Positions 37,701 to 49,892 of a DNA stretch of 64,000 nucleotides are shown piece by piece. Source of the stretch: an uncultured Chloroflexia bacterium (GTDB lineage: Bacteria; Chloroflexota; Limnocylindria; Limnocylindrales; CSP1-4); the NCBI GenBank assembly GCA_963809045.1, contig CAWEHW010000001.1:473141-537140 (forward strand), in the 5' to 3' direction. A program made the translations under genes and the position numbers. Every line of letters begins with the position of its first letter. The first letter of the stretch is position 1. The notes under the pieces are model-generated. The model worked only from the letters and a program-made list of their open reading frames with translations, had not been told where the DNA came from and made no database searches.

Positions 37701-38217
37701 TGGCCTCCTGCTCGATGACGGGACCACCATCGGCCTCATCGTCGTGCGCGGAGACGCCCTGGACCTGCTGCCCCTGCTCGAGCCCGACGATGCCATCAAC
37801 GCCATCGGCACGGTCGAGGTGGTGCCGGATGGGCTGGCCGTGGTCGTCGACGAGGCCGGCGGGATCATCCAGGCGGGTGAGCCCGTCGCGGCGCCACCGG
37901 CGTCATCGCCGCGTGCCGCGGAAGCAATGGGTGCGCCCTCAGCTCTCCCGGGCGGCCAGGCGGCGGTCCGCGATGCGGGGCTCTTCGACGGCTCCGGAGG
38001 CTTCGGCGCCGGGGTCGCAGGGATCGGCGGGCTCGTGGCCCTGACGCTGGCCTCGTTGCTGGTTACCATGGCCCGCCGCGCCCACGATCGGCGCCGGATC
38101 GTGGCTCGTGTGGCGGCTCGTGTGGCCGCGTTCGAGGCCTCGGCCGACCCGCCCGCAGGCCCGCCGTCGGGCCCACGCTCGGCTGAGCGTGGCGAGAGCA
38201 CGATCCGCGCTGCTTGA
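34745..38217 (+). CDS. large secreted LTD-domain protein with Pro/Thr-rich linkers and C-terminal TM anchor; two apparent frameshifts at ~36.39 and ~36.45 kb
   Basis: Signal peptide ([25 protein letters not shown]), LTD ([36 protein letters not shown]), (PT)n linkers, OB/Ig-like repeats, and a C-terminal TM helix plus basic tail ([26 protein letters not shown]). The protein-like reading passes through three frames: the 34676 ORF, a 36378 mini-ORF, and the 36595 ORF. Confidence 0.6.
35383..35560 (+). repeat. coding Pro-Thr-rich low-complexity repeat (PTPTP linker); a second copy lies at ~36151-36246
   Basis: Iterated CCSACGCCGACACC-type units encoding ...[39 protein letters not shown].... Confidence 0.6.
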
Positions 38218-38259
38218 CGCTCGTGAGAAGGCGGGACTATCCTCGGCCGAGTTTCGCGC

Positions 38260-39165
38260 TTGCGAAGCAGCCACCTGAGCGAGGAATTGGGCTTGCCGAA
38301 CGCGGACCACCGCGTCGAAACCCCGTTGGATCGCAGGATCGCGATCCCGTCCGGAGAACGGCAGTACCACATCGGTCTCGGTCCAGGCGAACTGGCCGAG
38401 TACATCCTCCTCCCCGGTGACCCCGACCGAACCGCCCGGATCGCCACGCGTTTCGATTCGATCGAACTCGAGCGGCAACACCGGGAGTTCGCGACGGTCA
38501 CCGGGACCTATCGGGGTCAGCGCGTGTCGGTCGTCTCCACCGGCATCGGCACCGACAACGTGGAGATCGTCGTTGCGGAGGTCCTTGCGATCACCGAACG
38601 ACCGACCTTCATCCGCGTCGGTTCCTGTGGGGCGCTGCAATCGGAGATGAGCCTGGGCGACCTGGTCATCACGACCGGGGCCGTCCGTCTCGAATCGACG
38701 ACGAGCTTCTTCGTCCACGACGGGTTCCCCGCGGTCGCCAGTTACGAGGCGGTTGCGGCGCTCGTCGAGGCCGCGGAGCGGCTCGGTCATCGGTATCACG
38801 TCGGGGTCACGGCGACCGCTCCGGGATTCTTTGGGGCGCAGGGGCGCCCCATCCCGCAGCTGCCCATCCGCTACCCTGACCTCGCGGAGGACATGGCGCG
38901 CCAGCGCGTCCTGAACTTCGAGATGGAGGCTTCGGCTCTCCTCGTCCTCGCGTCCCTTGCCAATTGTCGAGCGGGCGTCGTCTGTGCGGTGTACGCCAAC
39001 CGGACGACGGGCGACTTCGTCACCGGCGAGATCAAGGACGCGGCCGAGGCGGCTTGTGTTGAGACCGGGCTGGAAAGCCTTCTCGTCCTCGCCGACATGG
39101 ATGCGCGCAAGCGAGAGGCACAGACGGACCGCTGGCGGCCGTCACTCTGGAGACACACGGTCTAA
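38260..39165 (+). CDS. PNP/UDP-family nucleoside phosphorylase (uridine or purine nucleoside phosphorylase-like)
   Basis: ILLPGDPDRTARIA...VSTGIGTDNVEIVV...NFEMEASALLVLA matches the PNP_UDP_1 fold. Confidence 0.75.
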   Translation: MRSSHLSEELGLPNADHRVETPLDRRIAIPSGERQYHIGLGPGELAEYILLPGDPDRTARIATRFDSIELERQHREFATVTGTYRGQRVSVVSTGIGTDNVEIVVAEVLAITERPTFIRVGSCGALQSEMSLGDLVITTGAVRLESTTSFFVHDGFPAVASYEAVAALVEAAERLGHRYHVGVTATAPGFFGAQGRPIPQLPIRYPDLAEDMARQRVLNFEMEASALLVLASLANCRAGVVCAVYANRTTGDFVTGEIKDAAEAACVETGLESLLVLADMDARKREAQTDRWRPSLWRHTV

Positions 39166-39234
39166 TCAGGCAACGCTGCGCGGATGCGGGGCAAGGGATC
39201 CCGTGACGTGCCACATCGATCGAGGAGGAGCTCC

Positions 39235-39375
39235 ATGGCCCAGGCCTATTGCGTCAAGGACAAGCAGAAGGTCGAGATCAAGAATCCCCAGAACATCACC
39301 ATGAAGAACGGCAAGCCCGCGATCTCCGGGACCTGTCCGATCTGTGGTGGCAAGGTCTTCCGCATCGGCGGCTGA
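39235..39375 (+). CDS. small zinc-ribbon protein (DUF5679-like, 46 aa)
   Basis: [46 protein letters not shown] with a GAGGAGG SD. Notably lower GC than its surroundings. A hairpin with a T-rich tail follows. Confidence 0.55.
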   Translation: MAQAYCVKDKQKVEIKNPQNITMKNGKPAISGTCPICGGKVFRIGG

Positions 39376-39480
39376 TCCCGTCTTCGCGACAGGCAGGGAC
39401 CCTCGCCGAGTGGCGGGGGTCCTTCCATTTGCGCCGCGGGTTCGCAACACGGCTGCCTCACCGGGTCCGGGAGTGGCCTT

Positions 39481-39489
39481 TGTTAGAAT
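39481..39489 (+). promoter_or_regulatory. possible extended -10 promoter element (TGT-TAGAAT) for the gap-pgk-eno operon
   Basis: TGn-TAGAAT ~140 nt upstream of gap. No good -35. Weak call. Confidence 0.25.
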
Positions 39490-39628
39490 GAAGGGAACCC
39501 CGCGCATTGCCCGAGGGTCGTGCCGGCCGCCAGGTCGAGGCGGGGTCCTTGTCCCGATCACGAGTTCCGCATCCTTACGACGTCCGGCCTGTCGCTCGAC
39601 GTGTCGCCAGCCCCAGGAGGTCTCGACC

Positions 39629-40648
39629 ATGGCCACCCGCGTCGGCATCAACGGCTTCGGCCGGATCGGCCGCCAGTCACTCAAGGCGCTGCTCGAACGC
39701 GCGCCCGACGTGGAGGTGGTCGCCGTCAACGACCTCGTCGACGCGGAGATGAACGCGCACCTGTTCAAGCACGACTCGACGTACGGTGCGTTTCCGGGTG
39801 ATGTCCGGGCGGGCGATCGCTCGATCATCATCGACGGTCGCGAGATCAAGATCCTCGCCGAGCGTGATCCGGCGGCCCTCCCGTGGGGCGATCTAGGCGT
39901 CGACATCGTCCTCGAGAGCACGGGCATCTTCACGGACGCCACGAAGGCCAGGGCGCATCTCGATGCCGGCGCGAAGAAGGTGATCATCAGCGCGCCCGCC
40001 AAGAACGAGGACATCACGATCGTCCTCGGGGTCAACGAGGATCGCTACGACCCGGCCGCTCACAACATCATCAGCAACGCGAGCTGCACGACCAACTGTC
40101 TCGCCCCGGCCGCCAAGGTCGTGCACGACCTCCTGACGATCGAGCGCGGCCTGATGAACACCATCCACAGCTACACCAACGACCAGCGGATCCTCGACGT
40201 CGCCCACAGCGACCCGCGGCGCGCCCGCTCTGCCGGTCAGAACATCATCCCCACGACGACCGGCGCCGCCAAGGCGCTCGCCCTGGTGATCCCGGACCTC
40301 AAGGGCAAGTTCGACGGCTTCAGCCTGCGGGTCCCGACACCCACCGTCAGCGTCGTCGACTTCACCGCCACCGTGAGCCGGCCGACGTCCGTCGAGGAGC
40401 TGAACGACGCCTTCCGCACGGCTGCCGCTGGACCGCTCGATGGGATCCTGGGCGTGTCGGACGAACCGCTCGTGTCCATGGACTTCAAGGGCGATGCGCG
40501 CAGCTCGATCATCGACGCCGACTCGACGATGGTCCTGGGCGGCACGATGGTCAAGGTCATCGCCTGGTACGACAACGAGTGGGGCTACAGCTGCCGGGTG
40601 GCGGACCTGATCGCCTACGTCGCCGCGCGACTACCCGTCGCGGTCTGA
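39629..40648 (+). CDS. gap: type I glyceraldehyde-3-phosphate dehydrogenase
   Basis: [11 protein letters not shown] (NAD binding), [10 protein letters not shown] (catalytic Cys), WYDNEWGYS. Confidence 0.95.
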   Translation: MATRVGINGFGRIGRQSLKALLERAPDVEVVAVNDLVDAEMNAHLFKHDSTYGAFPGDVRAGDRSIIIDGREIKILAERDPAALPWGDLGVDIVLESTGIFTDATKARAHLDAGAKKVIISAPAKNEDITIVLGVNEDRYDPAAHNIISNASCTTNCLAPAAKVVHDLLTIERGLMNTIHSYTNDQRILDVAHSDPRRARSAGQNIIPTTTGAAKALALVIPDLKGKFDGFSLRVPTPTVSVVDFTATVSRPTSVEELNDAFRTAAAGPLDGILGVSDEPLVSMDFKGDARSSIIDADSTMVLGGTMVKVIAWYDNEWGYSCRVADLIAYVAARLPVAV

Positions 40649-40654
40649 CCGGCC

Positions 40655-43221
<2,567 letters not shown>

Positions 43222-43243
43222 TCCGGCTGGTCGACCGCCCGCG

Positions 43244-43822
43244 ATGGCGTCGGCCATGAACCGGGTCGTCGATCGCGGCGCCATCACTGCCGCCTACGTC
43301 GGGATAGGCATGGCGGTCACGATCGTCGCCAGCTTCACGCTGATCATCCCGATCGAGGGCGTCATCTGGCTCCTGGCTCTCCCATCGGGGCTGCTGATCG
43401 GGTACTACGCCAACCAGCGATCGAACCGGCGGGCCGGGCCGTGGCACCGGATCGTGACGAACGGGTTGTTCGCCGGACTCGTCACGGGGCTGGCGACCGT
43501 GGCCCTGCTGGTGGTCATCAAGGCCCTCTTCTTCTACGCCGACAACGGCTACCGCGATCCGGGGCTGGGCGGCACGATCAGCTGTTCGGTCGGCGCCGAT
43601 TGCGTCTACCAGCGGTACCTCGATGCCGGCCACGGCCCGGCGCTAACGGCGGCCGGCGTCACCGACGCGTCCTCCTTTGCCGGGTTCTACTGGGGCGAAC
43701 AGCTGGGGAGCGCAGGGCTCGTGATCGTCCTGACCGCGGTGGGTGGCGTCGGCGGCGCGGGTCTGTACGGCGTGTTCCGCCCAAAAACGCCAGCTGCGCG
43801 TTCGGCGGTCGCAACCCGGTAG
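43244..43822 (+). CDS. membrane protein, function unknown
   Basis: Met chosen inside track ORF 42956..43822. 4 TM helices, Gly-rich C-terminus. Confidence 0.45.
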   Translation: MASAMNRVVDRGAITAAYVGIGMAVTIVASFTLIIPIEGVIWLLALPSGLLIGYYANQRSNRRAGPWHRIVTNGLFAGLVTGLATVALLVVIKALFFYADNGYRDPGLGGTISCSVGADCVYQRYLDAGHGPALTAAGVTDASSFAGFYWGEQLGSAGLVIVLTAVGGVGGAGLYGVFRPKTPAARSAVATR

Positions 43823-43843
43823 GTCATCCCGGGGAATCGAAAC

Positions 43844-43863
43844 GCCCCGGCACGAGCCGGGGC
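43844..43863. terminator. possible bidirectional stem-loop between convergent genes
   Basis: GCCCCGGC-ACGA-GCCGGGGC perfect 8-bp stem. Confidence 0.35.
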
Positions 43864-43912
43864 GATCGGAGTCTTGCGACCGGGCCTAGCCGACTGGCCG
43901 GCCCGGACTCGA

Positions 43913-44581
43913 TCAGCTCTTCGTTGCGGCCTTCTTTGGCTTGGCTGTGGTCTTCGTGGCGGCCTTGGCGGTTGCCTTCGCGGTGGTCTTCGCCGGCTTG
44001 GCCGGCGTTGAGGCCTTGCGCGCGGTGGCCGGTCGGGCGGCGGCCGGTCGGGCGGCGGACTTTGCCGGCGTGCCCTCGGACTCGGCAGCGGATGCGGCGG
44101 CGGCCTTCGCGGCGGCTGCCTCGGCCCGGGCGGTCTTGCTCAACGCGGCGCGTGCCTTTCCGGCAGCGGTCTGGGCACCCTTGGCCTTGCCGGCCTTGCC
44201 GGCCGCGATCCGGGCCTTGGCGGCCTTCGCAGCGGCGGCCTTGCCGGTCGTCTTCACGACCCGGCCACCCGCCTGCAGGCCCGATCCGCCAACGGCTGCG
44301 TTGACCTTGATGGTCAGCCGGGACTTGCGTCGTGCGGCGGCGTTGGGATGGATGGCACCGGCCTTGGCCGCCCGATCGAGCGCGCTCAGGGCCTCCGCGA
44401 GGGCGGCAACGGGATCGATTCCGTCGGTCGGCTGCTGCACGGACGCGAGGGCCTTCGCGACGTACGTCTTGGCTGCGCTGCGCCGAGGCTGGAGGACCTC
44501 GTGACGGCTCTGCGCCTGACGAACGCGCTTGAGACCCGACGGCGTGCGCGCTCCGGTCCAGGTGCGGGGCGTCTTGGCCAC
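43913..44581 (-). CDS. rpsT: 30S ribosomal protein S20 with ~135-aa Ala/Lys-rich (histone H1-like) C-terminal extension
   Basis: N-terminal ~85 aa match S20 (SGLKRVRQAQSRHE...AKAGAIHPNAAARRKSRL). The rest is an AKAAKAK/TAKATAK low-complexity tail. Confidence 0.75.
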   Translation of the reverse strand: MAKTPRTWTGARTPSGLKRVRQAQSRHEVLQPRRSAAKTYVAKALASVQQPTDGIDPVAALAEALSALDRAAKAGAIHPNAAARRKSRLTIKVNAAVGGSGLQAGGRVVKTTGKAAAAKAAKARIAAGKAGKAKGAQTAAGKARAALSKTARAEAAAAKAAAASAAESEGTPAKSAARPAAARPATARKASTPAKPAKTTAKATAKAATKTTAKPKKAATKS

Positions 44582-44720
44582 GTGGGCAAACCTCAGCTAG
44601 ATGGTGGTCTGGATGCGTCCACGGCACGAACCGGCGCCGGGCGCGAAGACGGATGGTAGCACAGGACCCGGTCGCATCCCGGAGCGGCGACACACCCGTT
44701 TGGCGGGCCACACTGACGCC

Positions 44721-45641
44721 ATGATTGCGGTCTTCGGCGGACTGGGTGCGGCCGTCCTGTGGGCGACGGCGACGCTCTGCTCGTCGCGTTCCAGCCGGAT
44801 GCTCGGCTCGAGAGTCGTTCTTGGCTGGATCATGATCGTGGGGGTCGTCGTCGGGTTGCCGCTGGCGATCGCAAGCCCGCCACCGGCGACCATCGCCGGA
44901 TCGACGTTCGGCCTGCTGGTCCTGAGTGGGTGCTGCTACGTGATCGGGCTCCAGCTCACGTACGCGGCACTTCGGATCGGCAAGGTCTCGATCGTCGCGC
45001 CGATCGTCTCGACCGAGGGCGCGGTGGCAGCGCTCATCTCGATCGCGCTCGGAGACCCAATCGGTGTCGTTGCGGGTGTGATGCTCGTCATCATCGCGGC
45101 CGGCGTGGTCCTGTCTTCGCTCGAACGTGGGCGTCGGGCGGTGCCCGCTGGCGACTTTGGCGTCACAGCCGATGCCCTGGAGGACCCCGCCGCCGACCAG
45201 GTTGCGCACGAACAGGCCCGCCTCGATACCCGGCGGGCCGTGATCCTGTCAGTCATTGGCGCGGTCGTTTTCGGTGTCGGACTCGTGGCGGCCGGCCGAG
45301 CCGCCGTTCTCGTCCCGATCGCGTGGGTTGCCCTTGCCGCGCGTCTCGTTGGGTTGGTCGGCGTCGTCCTGCCCTTGCTCCTGCAGCGACGGTTGCGCCT
45401 AACCCGTGCCGCCCTGCCCCTCGTGGTCATCGCGGGCATCGCCGAGGTCGGCGGCTCGATCCTCTCGGCCTGGGGCTCTCGCGAGAGCATCGCGGTTACG
45501 GCGGTGATGGGGAGCCAGTTCGCGGCGCTCGCCGCGGTGGCCGCGTTCGTCCTGTTCGGGGAGCGGCTGGGACGGACCCAGGTCGCCGGCGTGGCCCTGA
45601 TCGCCCTCGGCGTGACGGTCCTGGCGGCCGTGTCGGCATAG
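44721..45641 (+). CDS. EamA/DMT-family transporter
   Basis: 10 TM helices, two EamA-like halves. Start taken at the Met (MIAVFGG...) inside track ORF 44601..45641. Confidence 0.65.
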   Translation: MIAVFGGLGAAVLWATATLCSSRSSRMLGSRVVLGWIMIVGVVVGLPLAIASPPPATIAGSTFGLLVLSGCCYVIGLQLTYAALRIGKVSIVAPIVSTEGAVAALISIALGDPIGVVAGVMLVIIAAGVVLSSLERGRRAVPAGDFGVTADALEDPAADQVAHEQARLDTRRAVILSVIGAVVFGVGLVAAGRAAVLVPIAWVALAARLVGLVGVVLPLLLQRRLRLTRAALPLVVIAGIAEVGGSILSAWGSRESIAVTAVMGSQFAALAAVAAFVLFGERLGRTQVAGVALIALGVTVLAAVSA

Positions 45642-45682
45642 GCACGCGGAGCGAGGTCGACAGCAGGGTAGACTCCGCCCTC

Positions 45683-47494
45683 GTGACCATCCCCCAGGAC
45701 CGCCTGCGCAACTTCAGCATCATTGCCCATATCGATCACGGGAAATCCACGCTTGCCGATCGGCTGCTGGAGATGACCCACACGATCGATGCCCGGCAGA
45801 TGACCAGCCAGGTCCTCGATTCGATGGATCTGGAGCGTGAGAAGGGGATCACGATCAAGGCGCGGGCCGTGCGTCTCGAGTACAAGGGCCGGGACGGGCT
45901 CACCTACGGCCTCAACCTGATCGACACCCCTGGGCACGTCGACTTCGCCTACGAGGTCAGCCACAGCCTGCAGGCCTGTGAGGGCGCCATCCTCGTCGTC
46001 GACGCCAGCCAGGGCATCGAGGCGCAGACGCTGGCCAACGTCCACCTCGCCCTTCGCGAAGGGCTGACGCTGATTCCGGTGCTCAACAAGATCGACCTGC
46101 CGTCGGCCGATCCCGAGACGATCATGGGCGAGCTCGAGAACGTGCTGGCGATCCCGCGCGAGGAGGTGATCCTCGCGTCGGCGAAGGAAGGGACCGGGGT
46201 CGCCGAGATCCTCGAGGCCATCGTCGCCCGCATCCCGGCGCCAAAAGGCGACCCGGCCAAGCCGCTCCAGGGCCTCATCTTCGACAGCCACTACGACGCC
46301 TACAAGGGTGTCGTCGTGTACGTGCGCCTGGCCCAGGGGACGCTGAGACTCGGCGACCAGGTCCGGTTGATGGCCAGTGGCGCGGAGGCGGATCCGCTGG
46401 AGCTCGGCGTCTTCCGGCCGCAGCTCGTCCCCGTGCGCCAGCTCGTGGCCGGCGAGGTCGGCTACGTGGCGACGGGGCTCAAGAGCGTCCGGGATGCCCA
46501 GGTTGGCGACACGCTCACGACGGTGGCACGGCCAGCTGCGGAGCCCCTCCCCGGCTACCAGGAAGCCAAGAGCCTCGTGTTCGCGGGTATCTACCCGCTG
46601 TCGGGCGAGGATTACCCGTTGCTGCGGGACGCGCTCGAGAAGCTCCACCTCAACGACGCGTCGTTCACCTACGAGCCGGAGAGCTCCGTGGCGCTCGGGT
46701 TCGGGTTCCGTTGCGGGTTCCTGGGGCTGCTCCACATGGAGATCGTCCAGGAGCGGCTCGAGCGCGAGTTCAGCCTCGACCTCATCGCCTCGGCGCCGTC
46801 CGTCGAGTACCACGTGAACCAGACCCTGGGGCGAGGGATGGTCGCGGTCGACAACCCGGCCCTCCTCCCCAGCCCGATCGACATCGAAACCATCGAGGAG
46901 CCGTGGGTCAAGCTCAGCGTCGTCACGCCGAGCCAGTACATCGGGCCGCTCATGGAGCTGTCGACCAACCGGCGCGGCATCTTCATGACGATGGAGTACC
47001 TCGACCCGACCCGCGTCGTGCTCCATTTCGAGATGCCGCTGGCCGAGCTGATCGTCGACTACTTCGACAAGCTCAAGAGCCGCAGCCAGGGCTACGCGTC
47101 GATGGACTACGAGGAGCTTGGCTACCGCCCGGCCAACCTCGCCAAGGTCGACATCCTGGTGAACGGCGAACCGGTCGACTCGCTGTCGCTGATCGTCCAT
47201 CGCGATCGGGCGCAGGGGACCGGGCGGGCCCTGGCCGAACGCCTCAAGGAGCTGATCCCGCGCCAGATGTTCGAGATCCCGATCCAGGCGGCGATTGGTT
47301 CGAACGTCATCGCACGCGAAACCGTGCGGGCCATGCGCAAGAACGTGCTGGCCAAGTGCTACGGTGGCGACATCACCCGCAAGCGCAAGCTCCTCGAGAA
47401 GCAGAAAGAGGGCAAGCAGCGGATGAAACGGGTCGGGTCCGTCGAAATCCCGCAGGAGGCCTTCCTGGCGATGCTCCGCATGGACGAGGGCTAA
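45683..47494 (+). CDS. lepA: elongation factor 4 (LepA)
   Basis: [15 protein letters not shown] (G1), DTPGH, NKIDL, and a LepA-specific C-terminal domain. GTG start. Confidence 0.95.
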   Translation: MTIPQDRLRNFSIIAHIDHGKSTLADRLLEMTHTIDARQMTSQVLDSMDLEREKGITIKARAVRLEYKGRDGLTYGLNLIDTPGHVDFAYEVSHSLQACEGAILVVDASQGIEAQTLANVHLALREGLTLIPVLNKIDLPSADPETIMGELENVLAIPREEVILASAKEGTGVAEILEAIVARIPAPKGDPAKPLQGLIFDSHYDAYKGVVVYVRLAQGTLRLGDQVRLMASGAEADPLELGVFRPQLVPVRQLVAGEVGYVATGLKSVRDAQVGDTLTTVARPAAEPLPGYQEAKSLVFAGIYPLSGEDYPLLRDALEKLHLNDASFTYEPESSVALGFGFRCGFLGLLHMEIVQERLEREFSLDLIASAPSVEYHVNQTLGRGMVAVDNPALLPSPIDIETIEEPWVKLSVVTPSQYIGPLMELSTNRRGIFMTMEYLDPTRVVLHFEMPLAELIVDYFDKLKSRSQGYASMDYEELGYRPANLAKVDILVNGEPVDSLSLIVHRDRAQGTGRALAERLKELIPRQMFEIPIQAAIGSNVIARETVRAMRKNVLAKCYGGDITRKRKLLEKQKEGKQRMKRVGSVEIPQEAFLAMLRMDEG

Positions 47495-47624
47495 CCGCGC
47501 CGTGGCGGCCCATGCCCGCGTTGTCGCCTCCGCTCGCTCGCTCACGCACATGAAGTGCGCTCGCTCACGTGCTCGGCTCCGCCTTGGCCCGAGCACGCCT
47601 CGGCGCGGTTAGGTCCGGCTCGCG

Positions 47625-48395
47625 ATGGACGACCTGATCCTCACCTCACGATCGCTCATTGCTGTCGGGTTGACGCTGCTGCTGGCGATGCTGCGGATCG
47701 ACGCGGAACGGTTCGGGACCGCCGAGTACTACGAGGTCACCGGAGCCGGGGAACGACCGCGCGTCCGCCGCCGCCTCGCCTGGTACGGCCTGGGTTTCGG
47801 GATGGCGATCCTGATCCTGTCGATCTATCCGGCCGCGCGAACGGACCTGTTCCTCGGAACGGGCGATCGCCTCGGAGCGGTCCTCGGGGGGATCGCGTTC
47901 GGCGGTCTCGGCGTGCTGATCGCCGTGGGCTTTGCCAGCTATCGATACCACCGGATCCGTCTCCCGGCAGAGAGCGCCTATCCGGGCGGCCTGCTCAACT
48001 CCACTGCGACGGCGTTCATCGACGAGGTGACCTTCCGGGGAGCCTTGTTCGGGCTCCTCCTGACCGCCGGCGTCGATCCGATGCTCGCCAACCTGCTCCA
48101 GACCGTCGTCTATGCGCTGACGACTCGCCTCGGCGCCCCCGGCCGCGACCGGTACCTGCTCGGGCTGACCCTGGGGATCGGCTTCATCGGCGGCTTCCTG
48201 ACCGCGCTTACCGGGGGCATCGCGGCGGCATTCCTGGGCCACGCGGTCACCCGCTTTGCCGTCTTCCTGTGCACGGGGCATATCGGGCAGACGATGCCTC
48301 GCGGTCGCGAGGTGGAAGAGATCGAGAAGCGACGCCGGCCGCCGGACGGCTGGCGGGTCATCGGGTCGCGGGAGTCGCCCTCACGGGACCGCTGA
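47625..48395 (+). CDS. CPBP-family intramembrane metalloprotease (CAAX protease-like)
   Basis: EVTFRG (EExxxR motif 1), FxxxH and HxxxN-like motifs in a 7-TM protein. Confidence 0.7.
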   Translation: MDDLILTSRSLIAVGLTLLLAMLRIDAERFGTAEYYEVTGAGERPRVRRRLAWYGLGFGMAILILSIYPAARTDLFLGTGDRLGAVLGGIAFGGLGVLIAVGFASYRYHRIRLPAESAYPGGLLNSTATAFIDEVTFRGALFGLLLTAGVDPMLANLLQTVVYALTTRLGAPGRDRYLLGLTLGIGFIGGFLTALTGGIAAAFLGHAVTRFAVFLCTGHIGQTMPRGREVEEIEKRRRPPDGWRVIGSRESPSRDR

Positions 48396-49633
48396 ACGTC
48401 GCACCACCGGTCGCGCTCTATGTCCACATTCCGTTCTGCGTGTCGTTGTGTCCGTACTGCGATTTCGTGGTTTACGCGGGAGCGGCAGCCCGTGGACCGC
48501 GCTCGCGAGTCGAAGCCTTCCTCGATGCGCTGACAGTCGAGCTCGACTTGCGCGCCGACGCCCTCGACGAGCGGTTCGGCCAGCGCCGCCCGCCACTCGA
48601 AACGGTCTACCTGGGTGGGGGGACGCCATCGCTGCTTCCCGCGGGCGAAATCGCCGCGCTGCTCGATCAAGTGCAAGCACGGTTCGGGGTCGCGCCCGGT
48701 GCGGAGATCACGATCGAAGCCAACCCGGGGCCGGACGAGCGCGGCGATGTGCGCCGATTGCGCGCGGCAGGCGTGAACCGTGTGTCACTCGGCGCCCAGT
48801 CGATGGCCGATCCGGAGCTCCGGCGATTGGGACGCCGGCACCGAGCGTCCGACGTGGTCGAGGCCGTCGCAGCCGCCCGCGCCGCGGGATTCGGGTCGAT
48901 CAGTCTCGACCTGCTCTACGACATCCCCGACGGCTCCACCGAACGATGGGCCGCGTCACTGGAGGCTGCGCTGGCGCTCCAGCCGGATCACCTCTCGCTC
49001 TACGCCCTGACCCTCGACGATCCCGACGCCGAAGGGTTGACCGGCGCAACCGGTGACCACCTCCCGACGACCGCCGGGGCGCGGCGGTGGCGCGAGCGTG
49101 CCCGACCCCGGCAGGATGACGATCTCGCCGCAGATCAGTACTTGCTGGCCGTCGAGTGCCTTGCCACGTCCGGCTGGCGTGGCTACGAGATCAGCAACTG
49201 GGCGCGCCCGGGTCACGAAAGCCGGCACAACCTCATCTACTGGGAGCGCCGGCCATACGAAGCGGTCGGACCGGGCGCGCATGCGTTCGATGGCGCGAGC
49301 CGACGCTGGAACGCTGCCCGGCTCGATGGCTATCTCGAGGCGCTCACGCCGGCGAACGCGACGCGACCCAGCCTCCCTCCGGGTGCCTCGGAGACGCTCG
49401 ACGAGGATGGGGCGGCAGCCGAGACGATCGTGCTCGGTCTGCGAACGGACCGCGGAATCGGATCCGAGTCCGCGGAGGATCCGCGATTCGCCGACGCCAT
49501 TGCCTGGGCCGGCACGCAAGGCCTGGCTGAGTGGACGGCCGACGCACGCCTCGCACTGACGACTCGCGGCCGGCTCCTCTCGAATGAGCTGTTCGCGAGG
49601 ATCGTGTCACCGGCGGTCTCCGGCGCGGCGTGA
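48392..49633 (+). CDS. hemW: radical SAM heme chaperone HemW (HemN-like); start codon uncertain
   Basis: YVHIPFCVSLCPYCDF (CxxxCxxC radical SAM), GGGTPS, and a HemW C-terminal domain. The frame has no in-frame ATG or GTG near the N-terminus; 48392 is a CTG placeholder. Confidence 0.7.
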   Translation: MNVAPPVALYVHIPFCVSLCPYCDFVVYAGAAARGPRSRVEAFLDALTVELDLRADALDERFGQRRPPLETVYLGGGTPSLLPAGEIAALLDQVQARFGVAPGAEITIEANPGPDERGDVRRLRAAGVNRVSLGAQSMADPELRRLGRRHRASDVVEAVAAARAAGFGSISLDLLYDIPDGSTERWAASLEAALALQPDHLSLYALTLDDPDAEGLTGATGDHLPTTAGARRWRERARPRQDDDLAADQYLLAVECLATSGWRGYEISNWARPGHESRHNLIYWERRPYEAVGPGAHAFDGASRRWNAARLDGYLEALTPANATRPSLPPGASETLDEDGAAAETIVLGLRTDRGIGSESAEDPRFADAIAWAGTQGLAEWTADARLALTTRGRLLSNELFARIVSPAVSGAA

Positions 49634-49810
49634 GCCGTCCGACCGCCAGCGGTTAGTCCAGGACGGCGCGAGCGAGGTCCTGCGCGAGCATGCAGAGCCC
49701 GGGCGACACGATCACGCCGTCCGGCGACGTCTCCATGTCCGGGACCTGCTGCCTCTCCCGGACCTCGCGAGCCCTTGGCCTCGTCCCGTTCGATGGTACC
49801 GCTCGTCGCG

Positions 49811-49840
49811 TTGACACTCCCCGGTCGCGACTGCTACGAT
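49811..49840 (+). promoter_or_regulatory. sigma-70-type promoter of the hrcA-grpE-dnaK operon (TTGACA-N18-TACGAT)
   Basis: Consensus -35 hexamer and a near-consensus -10, immediately followed by CIRCE. Confidence 0.5.
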
Positions 49841-49853
49841 GCCGTCCAGACCG

Positions 49854-49880
49854 TTAGCACTCTCACCGTTAGAGTGCTAA
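49854..49880. promoter_or_regulatory. CIRCE operator (TTAGCACTC-N9-GAGTGCTAA), the HrcA binding site
   Basis: Perfect match to the CIRCE consensus, 13 nt upstream of hrcA. Confidence 0.9.
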
Positions 49881-49892
49881 CCACACGGGAGG

